This document shows positions 24,008 to 37,374 of a stretch of 64,000 bases of DNA, piece by piece. The first letter of the stretch is position 1, and each line of letters begins with the position of its first letter. The translations under genes were made by a program, and so were the position numbers. The stretch comes from Octopus sinensis (lineage: Eukaryota), in NCBI RefSeq assembly GCF_006345805.1, contig NC_043010.1:14942001-15006000 (forward strand), written 5' to 3'. Under the pieces are notes generated by a model. The model had not been told where the DNA came from, did not search any database, and worked only from the letters and a program-made list of their open reading frames with translations.

Positions 24008-24046
<39 letters not shown>

Positions 24047-24511
24047 TATACAAAGAGAGAAAGAGAGAGAGAGAGGGGGGTATATGTATTTACACACACT
24101 TCAAAGTAAAAGAAAAAAAAAGAGATAGATTTTTCAGCAAGTCTTGTAATTGGTATTTTATTATTTGCTGAAAATCGATAAAATTATACCAAAAATACAT
24201 TTAACAATTAATCTCTCCAATTGCTGAGTCCGTAACTTTTCTGAAGCCAGCCTGCCTTTTGGGAAAACTATCAGATTGCATTTTTGCATCAAGAAAATAC
24301 AATATTTCCACCTGTTTTATCACAATTTTCTAAACACGATCGGAGCTCGTAAATTTTCTCTCAACAGTTTTTATGTCCAAGCGTCCAATGAGCTTCCCAT
24401 CAGTTTTCTCGCCTGAAACGACCACACAATTTTCGGGGAGTTTTTATTTTTTGTGTAATATTATTATTGTTAACATGCCTTATCTAATATTGTTATTATT
24501 ATTGTTATCAC

Positions 24512-24660
24512 GTTAAATTCTGAGTTCAAATTCCGTTGAAGTCGACTTAGCCTTTCATCATTTCGGGGTCGATAAAATAAGCACCAGTTGAACGTGAGGT
24601 CACTGTAATCGACATAATCTTTCCCCACCTGAATCTACCGGCCTTGCACCAAAATTTGAA
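24512..24660 (+). mobile_element. Degenerate SINE family C-related fragment
   Basis: TTCTGAGTTCAAATTCC...GCCTTTCATCATTTCGGGGTCGATAAAATAAGCACCAG. Confidence 0.75.
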
Positions 24661-24753
24661 CTCATCATCATCGTCATCATCAGCATCATCATCATTATTA
24701 TCTTCAGGTATAGTTCCCATGGTAGAAAAGATTATTATTATTATTATCATTAT

Positions 24754-25249
24754 TGAGTGAGAGAGCAATGCATGCCATCGAAGTAACATTGGGGTGTCAT
24801 ATACGGAGCCCAGTATACCCATCATGACTACCCGTCTGATAAGGGTACACTAGGCACATACATCACAACAATATGTGCGCGACATGATGATCTCATGTCA
24901 AGATTAACAGCTCATGGCCTTGCAGGTGGGGCCCAGTTAGAACTTTCTTCAGGTCAAGTAGAATATCCCGCTCAGAAGGTCCCTGAATAAGGATTGTTTC
25001 ATTATACTGAACGAAACACCCATATTTCCAGAGGTGTATTATCCAAACCACAAAGAATCCCTCTCAACACATGGCTGTGATGCTCCGCCACTACTTTTGA
25101 CGTGATCAGAGATGCACATATCGTCAGCCACTAAAAGACATGCTCAACTGGTTAAGGTCAAACAACTGACAAGCAAATCTGAGGTATTGAGCGGAATATT
25201 TGCTGTATCCCATCTTTTATGCCAAGACAAAAAATGTATATGATCACAC

Positions 25250-25251
<2 letters not shown>
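24754..25251 (-). mobile_element. (TAA)n-embedded interspersed repeat family D, copy 1
   Basis: Reverse complement of about 50223-50722; flanked by (TAT)n. Confidence 0.8.
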
Positions 25252-25323
<72 letters not shown>

Positions 25324-25331
25324 CATCATTA

Positions 25332-25780
25332 TTGCGTGAGAAAGCACTGCATGCCATCAAAGTGACACTAGGGTGAAATATACGAAGCCCAGTATACCCA
25401 TCATGACTACCCGTCTGATAAGGGTGCACTAGACACATGCATCACAACCATATGTGTGCGACATGGTGATCTCATATCAAGATAAACAGCACATGACCTT
25501 GCAGGTGGGGCCCAGTTAGAAGTTTCTTCTGGTCGAGTAGCCCATCCCGCCCAAAAGGTCCCTAAATAAGGGTTGCTTAAGGATTTTGAACGAAGCACCC
25601 ATGTTTCCAGAGGTGAATTATCCAAACCTCCCCCACTACTTCTGCTCGTGATCAGAGATGCACATATCGTCAGCCACTAAGGGACATGCTCAACTGGTTA
25701 CGGTCAAACAACTGACCAGCAAATCTGTGGTATTGAGCAGAATATTTGCTGTAGTCCATCTTTTATACCAAGACAAAACA
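25332..25780 (-). mobile_element. Family D, copy 2
   Basis: Homologous to 24754-25251 with an internal deletion; separated from it by (TAT)n 25252-25330. Confidence 0.8.
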
Positions 25781-25798
25781 TCATCATCATCCTTATCA

Positions 25799-25841
<43 letters not shown>

Positions 25842-26060
25842 TATTATTACTATTATTAGAAGCTATTGTTTGCAATTATCTTGCTTTATTTTCTCCCTGA
25901 AATAATATATACATGTTAGGATGTTAAAATGCAATCCAATGATTAATGCTTGCACATGGAAATATATGCTATATTAAGATTCCATTTGCTCCATGTTTCG
26001 CAGTGTCGGACAACAGCAGAAGAGTACAGAAGAAAGCAGAGCCAGTTAATGCGATGATAG

Positions 26061-26365
26061 TTCTTCTTTCTCGAGCCATTCCGGGCTCATAAGGGCCGGT
26101 TTCCCGGTTTCCGTGGCGTATAGGTTCCCCACCTGGAACGGGACGCCGATCCGTCGCAGGTGAGCTGCAAGATGCAGGAGGAAAGAGTGAGAGAAAGTTG
26201 TGGCGAAAGAGTCAGCAGAAGTTTTGCCATTACCTTCTGCCGGAGCCGCGTGGAGCTTAGGCGTTTTCGCTCATAAACACACACATCGCCCGGTCTGAGA
26301 TTCGAACCCGCGATCCCCCCGATCGCGAATACGCTGCTCTAACCGTTAGGCCATGTGCCTCCACA
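26061..26365 (-). mobile_element. SINE family A
   Basis: Reverse complement of the 18217-18528 element. Confidence 0.9.
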
Positions 26366-26963
26366 TAGTGAGATGACGAACCCAACTGTTTCCTTCCAAC
26401 GAAACGGTCATCTCACTCACAGCAAACAACTATAACAAAACACATTACTTTGCCAGACAGACAGCAGAAAAAATCACGGCACACTTCTTATTGATTTTTA
26501 TTTTTAATAATACAAACATCGCAAAACACAACAGATTTACAAACTGACAGCAACGGACATACACAGATTTCCACTTCATATTCAGCTGGCCTCCATTTGG
26601 CACGTATATAGCTAAATGCACCAGTACTTCACTTCTGACAGTTCAATGATTAAGAGCGTGTTCTATTGTGTTTCTATAGTAAACATATCATTGTGAATGT
26701 TTTAAATCTTTTCTGTTTACTTTCTAATGTATTAGTTTCTGTGTTAAAATTCACGACTAGATTCTGAGAACTATTAAGTTATTTTCTCTCATGAAATGAA
26801 ATACATATATTGTTATCATTGAATAATGTTGCAGTTGGCCATATTAACTTGTATTAATACATCCTTTAAGTAGTCTGTACAGAACAAACTGTGTATTTCG
26901 AATTAACTGAAAGGGCAGTCGTTCTCTACATTTTAACACAAGATAACAAATGAAAATTACTAT

Positions 26964-27135
26964 AGGCGCAGGAGTGGCTGTGTGGTACGTAGCTTGCTTA
27001 CCAACCACATGGTTCCGAGTTCAGTCGCACTGCATGACACCTTGGGCAAGTGTCTTCTACTATAGTCTCGGACCGATCAAAGCCTTGTGAGTGGATTTGG
27101 TAGACGGAAACTGAAAGAAGCCCGTCGTATATGTG

Positions 27136-27176
<41 letters not shown>

Positions 27177-27413
27177 ATATGTTTGTGCGTCTGTGTTTGT
27201 TCCCCCCAACCAACATCGCTTGACAACCGATGCTGGTGTGTTTACGTCCCCGTAACTTAGCGGTTCGGCAAAAGAGAAACCATAAGATTAAGTACTAGGC
27301 TTACAAAGAATAAGTCCTGGGGTCGATTTGCTCGACTAAAAGGTGGTGCTCCAGCATGGCTGCAGTCAAATGATTGAAACAAGTAAAAGAGTAAAAGAGT
27401 AAGAGTAAAGAGT
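26964..27413 (+). mobile_element. SINE family B, full length
   Basis: AGGCGCAGGAGTGGCTGTGTGG head, ACCTTGGGCAAGTG CORE-like motif, (GTAAAAGA)n tail. Confidence 0.92.
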
Positions 27414-27794
27414 TAGGCCTACTAATGTTTAACTTTAAAAACTTTGTTATCCGATATGTCTTTATTTTATTTAATTAAACAAACATATGAAGAATCTCCT
27501 CACTCATACATGAATTTTCAAGTGTATATACTCATTTCCCCGTTAATTGTATGTTCCCCAAACATCAGCTCCTGTGCGATCACTCTGCTCCGACCTTTGT
27601 ATCAGAGTAGTTTTCGCACGAAAGCATTAATGAACGAATATTTTTGTTTGAAAATTTTGCGCTGCTTTTTCTAGCTGATCGATGTACTGCACTGAGGTTC
27701 GCTTGATGATTCGGATCTATTGTTATTACTGGTGTTGATAATGTCGTTCATTCTCAGTTCAGACTAATCTCTCTTTTTTTCTTTTTTTTTCCTT

Positions 27795-28204
27795 CTCTTT
27801 TACTTGTTTCAGTCATTTGACTGTGGCCATGCTGGAGCACCGCCTTTAGTCGAGCAAATCGACACCAGGACTTATTCTTTGTAAGCCTAGTACTTATTCT
27901 ATCGGTCTCTTTTGCCGAACCGCTATGTTACGGGGGAGGTAAACACACCAGCATCGGTTGTCAAGCGATGTTGGGGGGGACTAACACAAACACACAAACA
28001 TATACACACACACATACATATATATATATACACATATATACAATGGGCTTCTTTCAGTTTCCGTCTACCAAATCCACTCACAAGGCTTTGGTTGGTCCGA
28101 GGCTATAGTAGAAGACACCTGCCCAAGATGCCACGCAGTGGGACTGAACACGGAACCATGTAGTTCGTAAGCAAACTACTTACCACACAGCCACTCCTAC
28201 GCCC
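27795..28204 (-). mobile_element. SINE family B, full length
   Basis: Reverse-complement match to family B from head to tail. Confidence 0.92.
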
Positions 28205-28426
28205 AACCAAGGAATTATTTTCATTTCTAACTGTTCGAACAATCCCGTAAAGGCTTTCTCAATAGTTTGGTTGCTGGCATCGTTTGCTAAGATACTGCTT
28301 GTTCTTTTTGCGTTTCAGTCCCACATAAATTCTATGATAACTGTGTTTAAGCCACGACCATCCTCTATATATTCATATGTCCACCCAATGCTCTACAACA
28401 ATACCAGTCATAATTTCTAATTAGTT

Positions 28427-28734
28427 CAGAGGAGGCATATGGCCTTGTGGATAGAGCACCGGACTCGCTGTCGAGGGATCGCGGGTTGGAATCTCTGACC
28501 GGGCGATGTGTGTGTTTATGAGCGAAACACCTGAGCTTCACGCGGCTCCGGCAGAAAGTAATGGCGAATTTCTGTTGACTCTTTCGCCGCAACTTTCTCT
28601 CACTCTTTCCTCCTGCATCTTGCAGCTCACCTGCGACGGACCGGCGACCCGTCCAGGTGGGGCACGTATACGCCAAGGAAACCTGGAAACCGCCCTTATG
28701 AGCTAGGCATGGCTCCAGAAGGAACAAACAACAA
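28427..28734 (+). mobile_element. SINE family A, diverged
   Basis: GGAGGCATATGGCCTTGTGGATAGAGC head; probable TSD AATTAGTT (28419-28426, 28735-28742). Confidence 0.88.
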
Positions 28735-29100
28735 AATTAGTTAAACAAAATAACATACCTTTCTTTTCATTCATACAGAGTGTGTGTAAGACTACATTAT
28801 ACGCTGTACCTTATTTTAAGTCAAGACTGCAGAGTACATTTTATGGGAATATTTTGAGTGCTTGCCACTTCAGCTTAGTTGCAAATTTGCATATTTAGTT
28901 CAGAGACGCTAAAGATTTGAGCGTGTGATTTGAACTTTTATCTATTTCAGAAATGCTTTTAAATACTTTTTAACTGATTATAAGCTTCTTAAATGAATAA
29001 TAAAATAATCGATCATATATATATATAATATATATATATATACGTTTATATATTTGTCGTGCAAGATTTTTTATGTGAAGTCGTGTGTTGAAACAGATAT

Positions 29101-29366
29101 TGTTATATTTCGGAATGGTCATTTTGCCAGTTTAGCCAATAAAAACACACGCACTATATATTTGGTGTTACTTTGCTTCAGTGTTATTTATTTTTTACAT
29201 TAATCTTAATCTTATTTCGGCCAGGAGTGTGACGAAAGAACTCTGGCCGAAATAAGATTAAGATTAATGTAAAAAATAAATAACACTGAAGCAAAGTAAC
29301 ACCAAATATATAGTGCGTGTGTTTTTATTGGCTAAACTGGCAAAATGACCATTCCGAAATATAACA
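29101..29366. repeat. Perfect fold-back palindrome, 124-bp arms, between (TA)n tracts
   Basis: 29101-29224 is the exact reverse complement of 29243-29366; 18-nt spacer GAGTGTGACGAAAGAACT. Confidence 0.95.
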
Positions 29367-29377
29367 TATATATATAT

Positions 29378-29421
<44 letters not shown>

Positions 29422-29724
29422 GTACACTTTTAGGCCTTGCACTATTTTATACAAACGTTCACCCACGAACGATGATTCAATTTCCAAGTACGACGTTTAT
29501 AATTTAAGTGCATGAGTATTTAATTCAATAATTAAGCAAATATATGAACAATTTCCTCACTTATACATGCATTTTCAAGTGTATATACTTGTATTTCCCC
29601 GTTAATTGTATGTTCCCCAAACATCAGGTCCTGTGCGATCACTCAGCTCCGACCTTTGTATCAGAGTTGTTTTCGCACGAGAGCATTAATGAACGAATTT
29701 TTTTTTGTTTATTCTATTATACAC

Positions 29725-29880
<156 letters not shown>

Positions 29881-29966
29881 TTTCTTGTTCTCTTGATATA
29901 CAGTGTTTCGAAAAGCAGCAATCAGAAACTGGGTGTAATAAGGAATTAAAGTTTCATCTTCAAGTA

Positions 29967-30371
29967 TTCTTTTATTCTTTTACTTGTTTCAGTCATTTGA
30001 CTGCGGCCATGCTGGAGCACCGCCTTTAGTCGAGCAAATCGACCCCGGGACTTATTCTTTTGTAAGCCCAGTACTTATTCTATCGGTTTCTCTTTTGCCG
30101 AACCGCTAAGTGACGGGGACGTAAACACACCAGCATCGGTTGTCAAGCAATGCTAGGGGGACAAACACAGACACACAAACACACACACATACATATATAT
30201 ATATACATATATACGACAGGCTTCTTTCAGTTTCCGTCTACCAAATCCACTCACAAGGCATTGGTCGGCCCGGGGCTATAGCAGAAGACACTTGCCCAAG
30301 ATTGCCACGCAGTGGGACTGAACCTGGAACCATGTGGTTGGTTAGCAAGCTACTTACCACACAGCCACTCC
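29967..30371 (-). mobile_element. SINE family B
   Basis: Reverse-complement match from head to tail. Confidence 0.92.
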
Positions 30372-30689
30372 ATATTTATAACTCTACCCTCTACTATCTC
30401 CCTCTCTCCCACTCTCTCTATCTCACATTGTCTTCTCTTTCTTTTGTTCACAAGATCTGTGCTCTACTCAAATGCACTCACATATCACCCACACATATAT
30501 AATCACACACATATACACACACTCACATATGCCTGATTGCATATTTTTGAAAACACCTGTAGTCACATACATACATTCATACAAAAACAGCTACACACGC
30601 ACTTATTCATGTACTTCAGTATATATATTTCAATACCTAGAGAAAGCGGCGGAAGTGTATTTTCAACACAAACTTTGGCAAGTTCCACA

Positions 30690-31055
30690 GATCCTTATTT
30701 ATACACACACGCGTCTAATATCGTTGTTATCACATCTTGTATACGCTGTCATATGTGCATGGGAGAGGAACGGTTTTCTATTTGCTTGAGTTGAAATGAT
30801 GAATCGACCACTCACAAGTTCTTTTTACTTGAAACTGGCACCTATGCCAAATCCTGAAGAATCGATATTAGCTAAGGTATTGTGTACTGACCTTCAAGTC
30901 ATGTTATATAATCCATCATTTTAATCTGATCGCAAACGGCCATATGTTATTTCGGACGCCATATTGAATGCATCATTTGTCCAATGACCATCTGATGTAT
31001 TCGTCAATTTGACGTGAATCGCTTTGGGGAAATTTCTTCCGTTTTCTTTCTATAC
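30690..31055. repeat. Dispersed direct repeat (family G), copy 1
   Basis: Aligns by eye with 37375-37730, roughly 85-90% identical. Confidence 0.85.
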
Positions 31056-31487
31056 ATGTTGTGTTTGTTGTGTGATTTTGCATACATGTGTATTTGTGTG
31101 AGTAAATTTATTTCTAAGGGCTTCCATGTAAGTTTGGGCGTATGGGTTAAGACTATGTGCCAAATTTGAGTTGTTTGTGAATAAATGAGAGTGCGTTTGT
31201 GTGTGTGACTGAGTGTGTGTGACTGAGTGCGTGTGTGTGTGTGTGTGTGTGTATGAGAGAGAGAGAGAGAGAGAGAGAGAAAGTGAAAAAGATTGAGTGG
31301 TAGATACTATATGTATGTTCTTGTGGCAATATGTGGCCGTGTACATTTGCATTTTATGTGTTTGTGTTTACGTGTCACATTTATAAATCTGCATATAAAA
31401 CTTTGTGTGTATTTCTTTGCAAATTAGATTTGCATGTGATTGTGTATAAAAATTATGAATTATATTGCTATCAACCACTAGTTAAGC

Positions 31488-31520
<33 letters not shown>

Positions 31521-31890
31521 ACACACACAGACACACACACACATGTATGACCTCACACACTCACATGTATGAACTCATAAACACACATATGTATATGTGT
31601 ATATATGTAAAACATATATATATGTGTGCGTGTGTGTATGTATGTGTGTTTGTATATATATATGTGTGTGTGTGTGTCTGTGTGTGTATGTATATATATG
31701 TGTATATATAAGTATGTTAATAAATGCAGCGTCTAATATGTATAACATATAATATATACGTCTATGTGTTTTGTATGTATGTTTGCATGTGTAGTTTTCT
31801 GTAAAAATAACTGAACCATCCACACACTTATGTGTATATGTATGTGCGTGTTTGTATGTGTGTGTGTATGTGTGTGTGTGTGTGTGTGGT

Positions 31891-31921
<31 letters not shown>

Positions 31922-32349
31922 GTGTGCGTGTGTGTGTGAGTGTTTTAATAAAAAATGTAAGTAAAGTTCGAAGTAAGCAACGGGTGATTGATTGCAATAA
32001 AGATACATGAAGAATGCAAATAAATATTCTCTCTCTGTAAAGACACGATGAAGTGCAAACTAGAAGCTAACGTCACGGAAGTAAAATGATTATATAAGGA
32101 TAAAACAACGGAAAATGTAAAACGAATGAAATGCTGAATGAAAATGGATTTTCCTTGTACTAAAGAAAAAAAATAAAGATATAAATCCACTTTTCGTAGC
32201 GGACATCCGGCAAAATTTCATAGGGAGAAATAAGTTAGTGTGAAAGTCACTGATGGATGTAAGTTCCGGAATAAAAGCGGAAACGGTAGATTTAAGTTTA
32301 GCTGTACAAAATAAATGTCTAACTCTCCACACACAAACCTTTCTTCTAT

Positions 32350-32681
32350 AGGTATAGGGTCTGAAATTTTGGGAAGAGGATTAGCTGATTATATCGACCC
32401 TAGTATTCCACTGGTACTTAGTCAAGTCATCGACTTAATTAATTGATCGGACGGTTAGAAATGAAAATAATTCCTTGATTAGACGTAGGAGTGGCTGTGT
32501 GGTAAGTAGCTTGCTTACGAACCACATGGTTCCGGGTTCAATCCCACTGCGTGGCATCTTGGGCAAGTGTCTTCTACTATAGCCTCGGTGGCATTTGAAT
32601 TCAGAATGTAAAACCGGAAGAAATGCCGTTAAGTATTTTTATCCAGTGTGCTAACAGTTCTTCTGCCAGCTTGCCTCCTTA
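32350..32681 (-). mobile_element. Degenerate SINE C-related copy interrupted by a family B 5' fragment (32481-32588, plus)
   Basis: GATTATATCGACCC..ACTGGTACTT core piece, then B head, then reverse complement of the C head (...CTGCCAGCTTGCCTCC). Confidence 0.65.
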
Positions 32682-32747
32682 CAAACAACTATAATAAGAA
32701 AATAATGATACAAAAGAGATGAACATAAAGTTATCACTATACACACA

Positions 32748-32873
32748 GGGGTGGCTGTGTGGTAAGTAGCTTGTTTATCAACCACATGGTTCCGGGTTCA
32801 GTCCCACCAAAGCCTTGTGAGTGGATTTGGTAGACGGAAACTGAAAGAAGCCCGTCGTATATATGTATATATA

Positions 32874-32909
<36 letters not shown>

Positions 32910-33155
32910 TGTATGTGTGTGTGTGTGTGCGTGTGTGTGTGTTTGTGTGTTTGTGTTTGTCCCCCTAGCATTGCTTGACAACCGATGCTGGTGTGTTTAT
33001 GTCCCCGTTACTTAGCGGTTCGGCAAAAGAAACCGATAGAATAAGTACTGGGCTCACAAAATAATAAGTCCCGGGGTCGATTTGCTCGATTAAAGGCGGT
33101 GCTCCAGCATGGCCGCAGTCAAATGACTGAAACAAGTAAAAGAGTAAAGAGAGTA
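32748..33155 (+). mobile_element. SINE family B with the CORE segment deleted
   Basis: Head joins directly at GTCCCACCAAAGCCTTG; normal tail. Confidence 0.88.
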
Positions 33156-33871
33156 ACACCTCAAATGATCAGCGCATTTCGGGTTGACCAGCAAAGCAAG
33201 AGATACGGACATAGACATGTGAACTGGTAACTGCACCCTTTGGACAATATACTGACACTGTAGCATAAAGCTGCAGGAGTAGATTATGCAAGTAGTAATC
33301 ACGACACACGGCAGATATCTGCTACAATAATCTCGGTTATGCTTGTCAAGATTGGCAAAAAGCCGGGACCCAGCTCTGGGTTAACTAGCATGTAAACCAG
33401 TGAAGATGAAAGGCCCTTAGCTGTCAACAGAATTTGCTTCTCGGCGAAGGCAAATTCGTATATAAAACCTAGAGGACAGTTGGTTTCTGGATGTCTCAGT
33501 CACTGTTATGCCACTGGTGTTGCTGTCCGACACTTTCCAAGCAAAGGAAAAAAAAAAATTTAGGAAGAGGTCTTACTCGGTCACGAGCTGACTTCCACCA
33601 TATGCCACTCTCTCTCCCTCCCTTTTCTCTCTTAGTATATGTGTATAAAAACAAACACACACAAAAACACATACATACACATACACACAAATGTATATAT
33701 AAAACAATTTTACATTAATCTGATAGGTATTCCATACTTTTGTTGAGAACTAATTTATTATTCTTGTGAAAGAACGTTCTTTACAATGACTTGTAAGTTT
33801 CGGCGAACCCGACTATGGCTTAGCCGGCGGTCAAACTTTCAATTCACAGTCAAGAACTTTCTTGCATGAGA

Positions 33872-33932
<61 letters not shown>

Positions 33933-34268
33933 TATATATATATAATATACACATATATATGTAAATCTATATATATATAATATAATATATACATATATAT
34001 TACCTATATATCTATATATATATATATATATATATATCTATATATACATACACATATATATGTAATATATATATATATATATGTAAATATATATATATTA
34101 TATATATATATATATACCTATACTCTATATACATATATATGTAATATATTATATAATATATATATATATATATATATGATTCTCATGCAAGAAAGTTCTT
34201 GACTGTGAATTGAAAGTTTTGACCGCCGGCTAAGCCATAGTCGGGTTCGCCGGAAAGAATATGATTAT

Positions 34269-35945
34269 ATGACCAATTTCACAAGTAAAACTAGCCAATT
34301 CTACGGTATACCTAAGATCCACAAAAGTGAAAAAATAAGCAACGCATGCAAGATAGCTACAGACAAAATAATTAAAGTCCCTAATCCTAATGACCTCAAA
34401 TTGAGACCCATAATAGCAGGTCCCGCATGCGAAACCCACCGCCTCAGTAACTTTTTAGACACCCTGTTAAAACCACTCCTCAAACATGTCAAAAGCTATA
34501 TAAGGGACGACTTAGATATGCTCAATCACCTACCGAATACTATAAACAAAAACACCATACTGGTATCTTTCGATGTAGTCAACCTCTACTCCAATATCCC
34601 CCACAACCTAGGACTAGATGCAATCCAATTCTGGCTAGAGAATCACGCCAACGAACTACCACACCGCATCAAAAAAGAATTTGTGATAGAAGGGGTTAAA
34701 TTCATCCTGGAAAATAACTTCTTCGCCTTCAATGACAACTTCTACCGACAAAAATCGGGGACTGCGATGGGTACACGAATGGCCCCCTCCTTTGCCAACC
34801 TAGTCATAGGATACCTAGAGATCAGTCTGTATCGTAAGGTTCTAGAAAGATATGGCAGCCCTTTCTCCATCTACATAGAAAACAACTGGAAAGATATCTA
34901 GATGACTGTTTCATCCTTTGGCATAAAAATATAGAAAAACTCATAGAATTCCAGAAAATTTTAAACGGACTGGACGTAAACATCCAATTCACGATGGAAT
35001 ATAGCCAACAACAACTCCCCTTCCTCGATATCCTCATTAAGAAAGCTAATAATATAATAGAAACAGACATATACTATAAGCCTACAGACTCTAAGCAATA
35101 TCTTCCATTCAATTCATGCCACCCCAGACACCACCAGGATGAATATCCCCTTCAATCTAGCAAAAAGGATATGCACTATAGTCTCTAACGCAAACACCAG
35201 AGACACACGACTACAAGAACTAAAAGATACCCTAATCACCAGGAACTATCCACCTTCACTTATTGACAAGTGCATTCAACGTGCCCTTCAACTTAACATC
35301 AAGGAACTGAGACATCCCAAATCAAAGAAAAACTTAAACAAAAAAGCCTTACCATACATCTCCACACACAACCCTCTCAATAACGAAGCCTTCGACACCA
35401 TCCTCCACAACATACCCCTCCTAAAAAAAGACCACAGAATGAACACAATCCTCCAAACACACACGATCATAAAAAGCAAAAGACAGCCTAGATCCATGAA
35501 AAGTCTCCTTACACAAGCCCGAATTCACTCTTCAACACAGAAGCCGACAGTAAAAAAATGTGGAAGACCCAATTGCGGGATATGCGACTATCTAATCGAG
35601 GGTTCTGAGTTCTCCTTCAAACAGGGACAACGGTTTACAGTGAAAAGCAACTTCACATGTGCTTCGGAGAACCTAATATACTCACTAACCTGCTCCGGGT
35701 GTCAAGAGCAGTACATAGGCCAAACAAAAAATGGTTTGCGTAAACGAATGGCCCTGCACAGATCCCAGATAAAAATTCTCCAAAAAGAAAAAATAGTTTT
35801 TAGCCAACACATAGATACTTGCGCCAACAAAAAAAAACCAAACTTCAGAATTTTCCCCCTCTACCAATTAGGGACGATAAACCTCGAGACAACGAATAAG
35901 TAAAGAAAATCTCTTTATTACAAAATACAAGCCACTTCTTAACGG
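34269..35945 (+). pseudogene. PLE RT-GIY-YIG ORF broken by at least three frameshifts
   Basis: ORFs 34269-34901, 34994-35188 and 35139-35903 are consecutive pieces; frameshifts near 34890, 35130 and 35880. Confidence 0.92.
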
Positions 35946-36683
35946 GTCTACGACAAACAATTAATATACCTCAACTTTAGAATAAAAGAAAAATATATAT
36001 ACACACACAAATACTACACTCCATAGAATCCATTACTAATCAGCCCCTTCAAAGCTATACTTACACCATTCATATTCTCCCTTCTCTGTTTTTTTTCTTC
36101 TTCTTCTTCTCTTCTTCTTCATCATCATCATTATCATCATCATCGGCGTCATCATCATCACCACCATCATCACCACCATCTTCTCCTTCTCCTCCTTCTT
36201 CTTCTTCTTCTTCTTCATCATCATCATTATCATCATCATCGTCGTCATAATCATCACCACCATCACCATCATCATCATCTTCTCCTTCTCCTTCTTCTTC
36301 TTCTTCTTCTTCTTCTTCTTCTACTTCTCCACCCCCTACCCCTTAACTTTGTCACTAATGTTTTTTAGTATATAACACCTACGCTAATTCTATAAACAAG
36401 CCTGTCAATATAAATATTCTCCTGAATTGAACTGAGACTGCCAGCCGCCACTGACCATTCAAAATACGACATCAGGGCACTCCCAGATTCTCCCACCCCC
36501 CTTTCCTCACCAGCCTTCTTCCTCTACTACCTACCAAGAACTCACAACTACCTCGAACACACAGTGCAAAACAAGGGAGTCAGAGAAAGGCAGAATGCCA
36601 CTTAAATCTGAACACTACTATAGAAATATTCTTTTAAAAAAACTTTTCTTCTAATTTTTCTAAATTTAATTATTTAATCGTTA

Positions 36684-36720
36684 CAGTTGAAAAGGTCTCA
36701 AAATGACCGAACCGGTACAT
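36684..36720 (+). ncRNA. Hammerhead variant (U3-A8) in the PLE 3' pLTR, one A of GAAA missing
   Basis: CAG-TTGAAAA-GGTC-tcaaaat-GACC-GAA-CCGG-TA-C. Confidence 0.55.
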
Positions 36721-36826
36721 AAAATGTTCACTATAAAATTATTTTAGCATTTTCTATTTTTGACTTGTTTTTTCATATATATATATATATATATACATAT
36801 ATATGTAAATATATATATATAATTAC

Positions 36827-36909
<83 letters not shown>

Positions 36910-37374
36910 TATGTATATATATGACAAAGCTGCAGGTGTTCGAAGTATATATACTGTTCGTCACTGTCGAGCAACGAAATCTCTTCTACACAAATCATAC
37001 ATGTCTTGGCAAATATCCTGATTTAAGAGAGTACCGTAATCGAGACCATTATTTTGTGAAAGAGACAAAATGTGCTATATTCATTTCTCGTTTAATTCTT
37101 TTAGTTCTGTCTGTTATTATTATACAGAAGGAAATGTCAGAAATTCTTCGAACACCTGCAGCTTTGTCATATATTTTGATATGCTCCTTATAAACAATAG
37201 AATACTTTTTTTTTGGCTCTCAATACAAGTCTTTAACTTCGGAATTATGTTTTACTATGCGTATACACACACGGGGACAGACCCATGCACAAATTTTCAC
37301 ACATGCGTATATTTGTGTACGAAGTTGCTCACCCATCGACAGTGTATCCTCAAAAGAAATTTTGGTAAGTCCTA

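Larger units (their letters stand above)
34254..36778 (+). mobile_element. Penelope-like retroelement (Neptune/Naiad-type), 5'-truncated, inactive
   Basis: RT: FYGIPKIHK, LRPII, LVSFDVVNLYSNIP, FYRQKSGTAMGTRMAPSFANL, WK/RYLDDCF, LPFLDI, YYKPTD; linker KCGRPNCGIC; GIY-YIG NLIYSLTCSGCQEQYIGQT..LRKRMALH; 3' pLTR ending in (TA)n. Confidence 0.95.

Noticed and set aside
24170-24460. Minus-strand frame containing KRQAGFRK, similar to a LINE RT motif
   Set aside because: Neighbouring residues do not match RT context and the frame has stops.
33160-33560. Unique GC-richer stretch possibly from a LINE 5'UTR
   Set aside because: No translatable motif or second copy in the window.
35540-35830. Possible selenocysteine (in-frame TGA) in the PLE GIY-YIG domain
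   Set aside because: All the Cys positions I read are TGT or TGC; no in-frame TGA.
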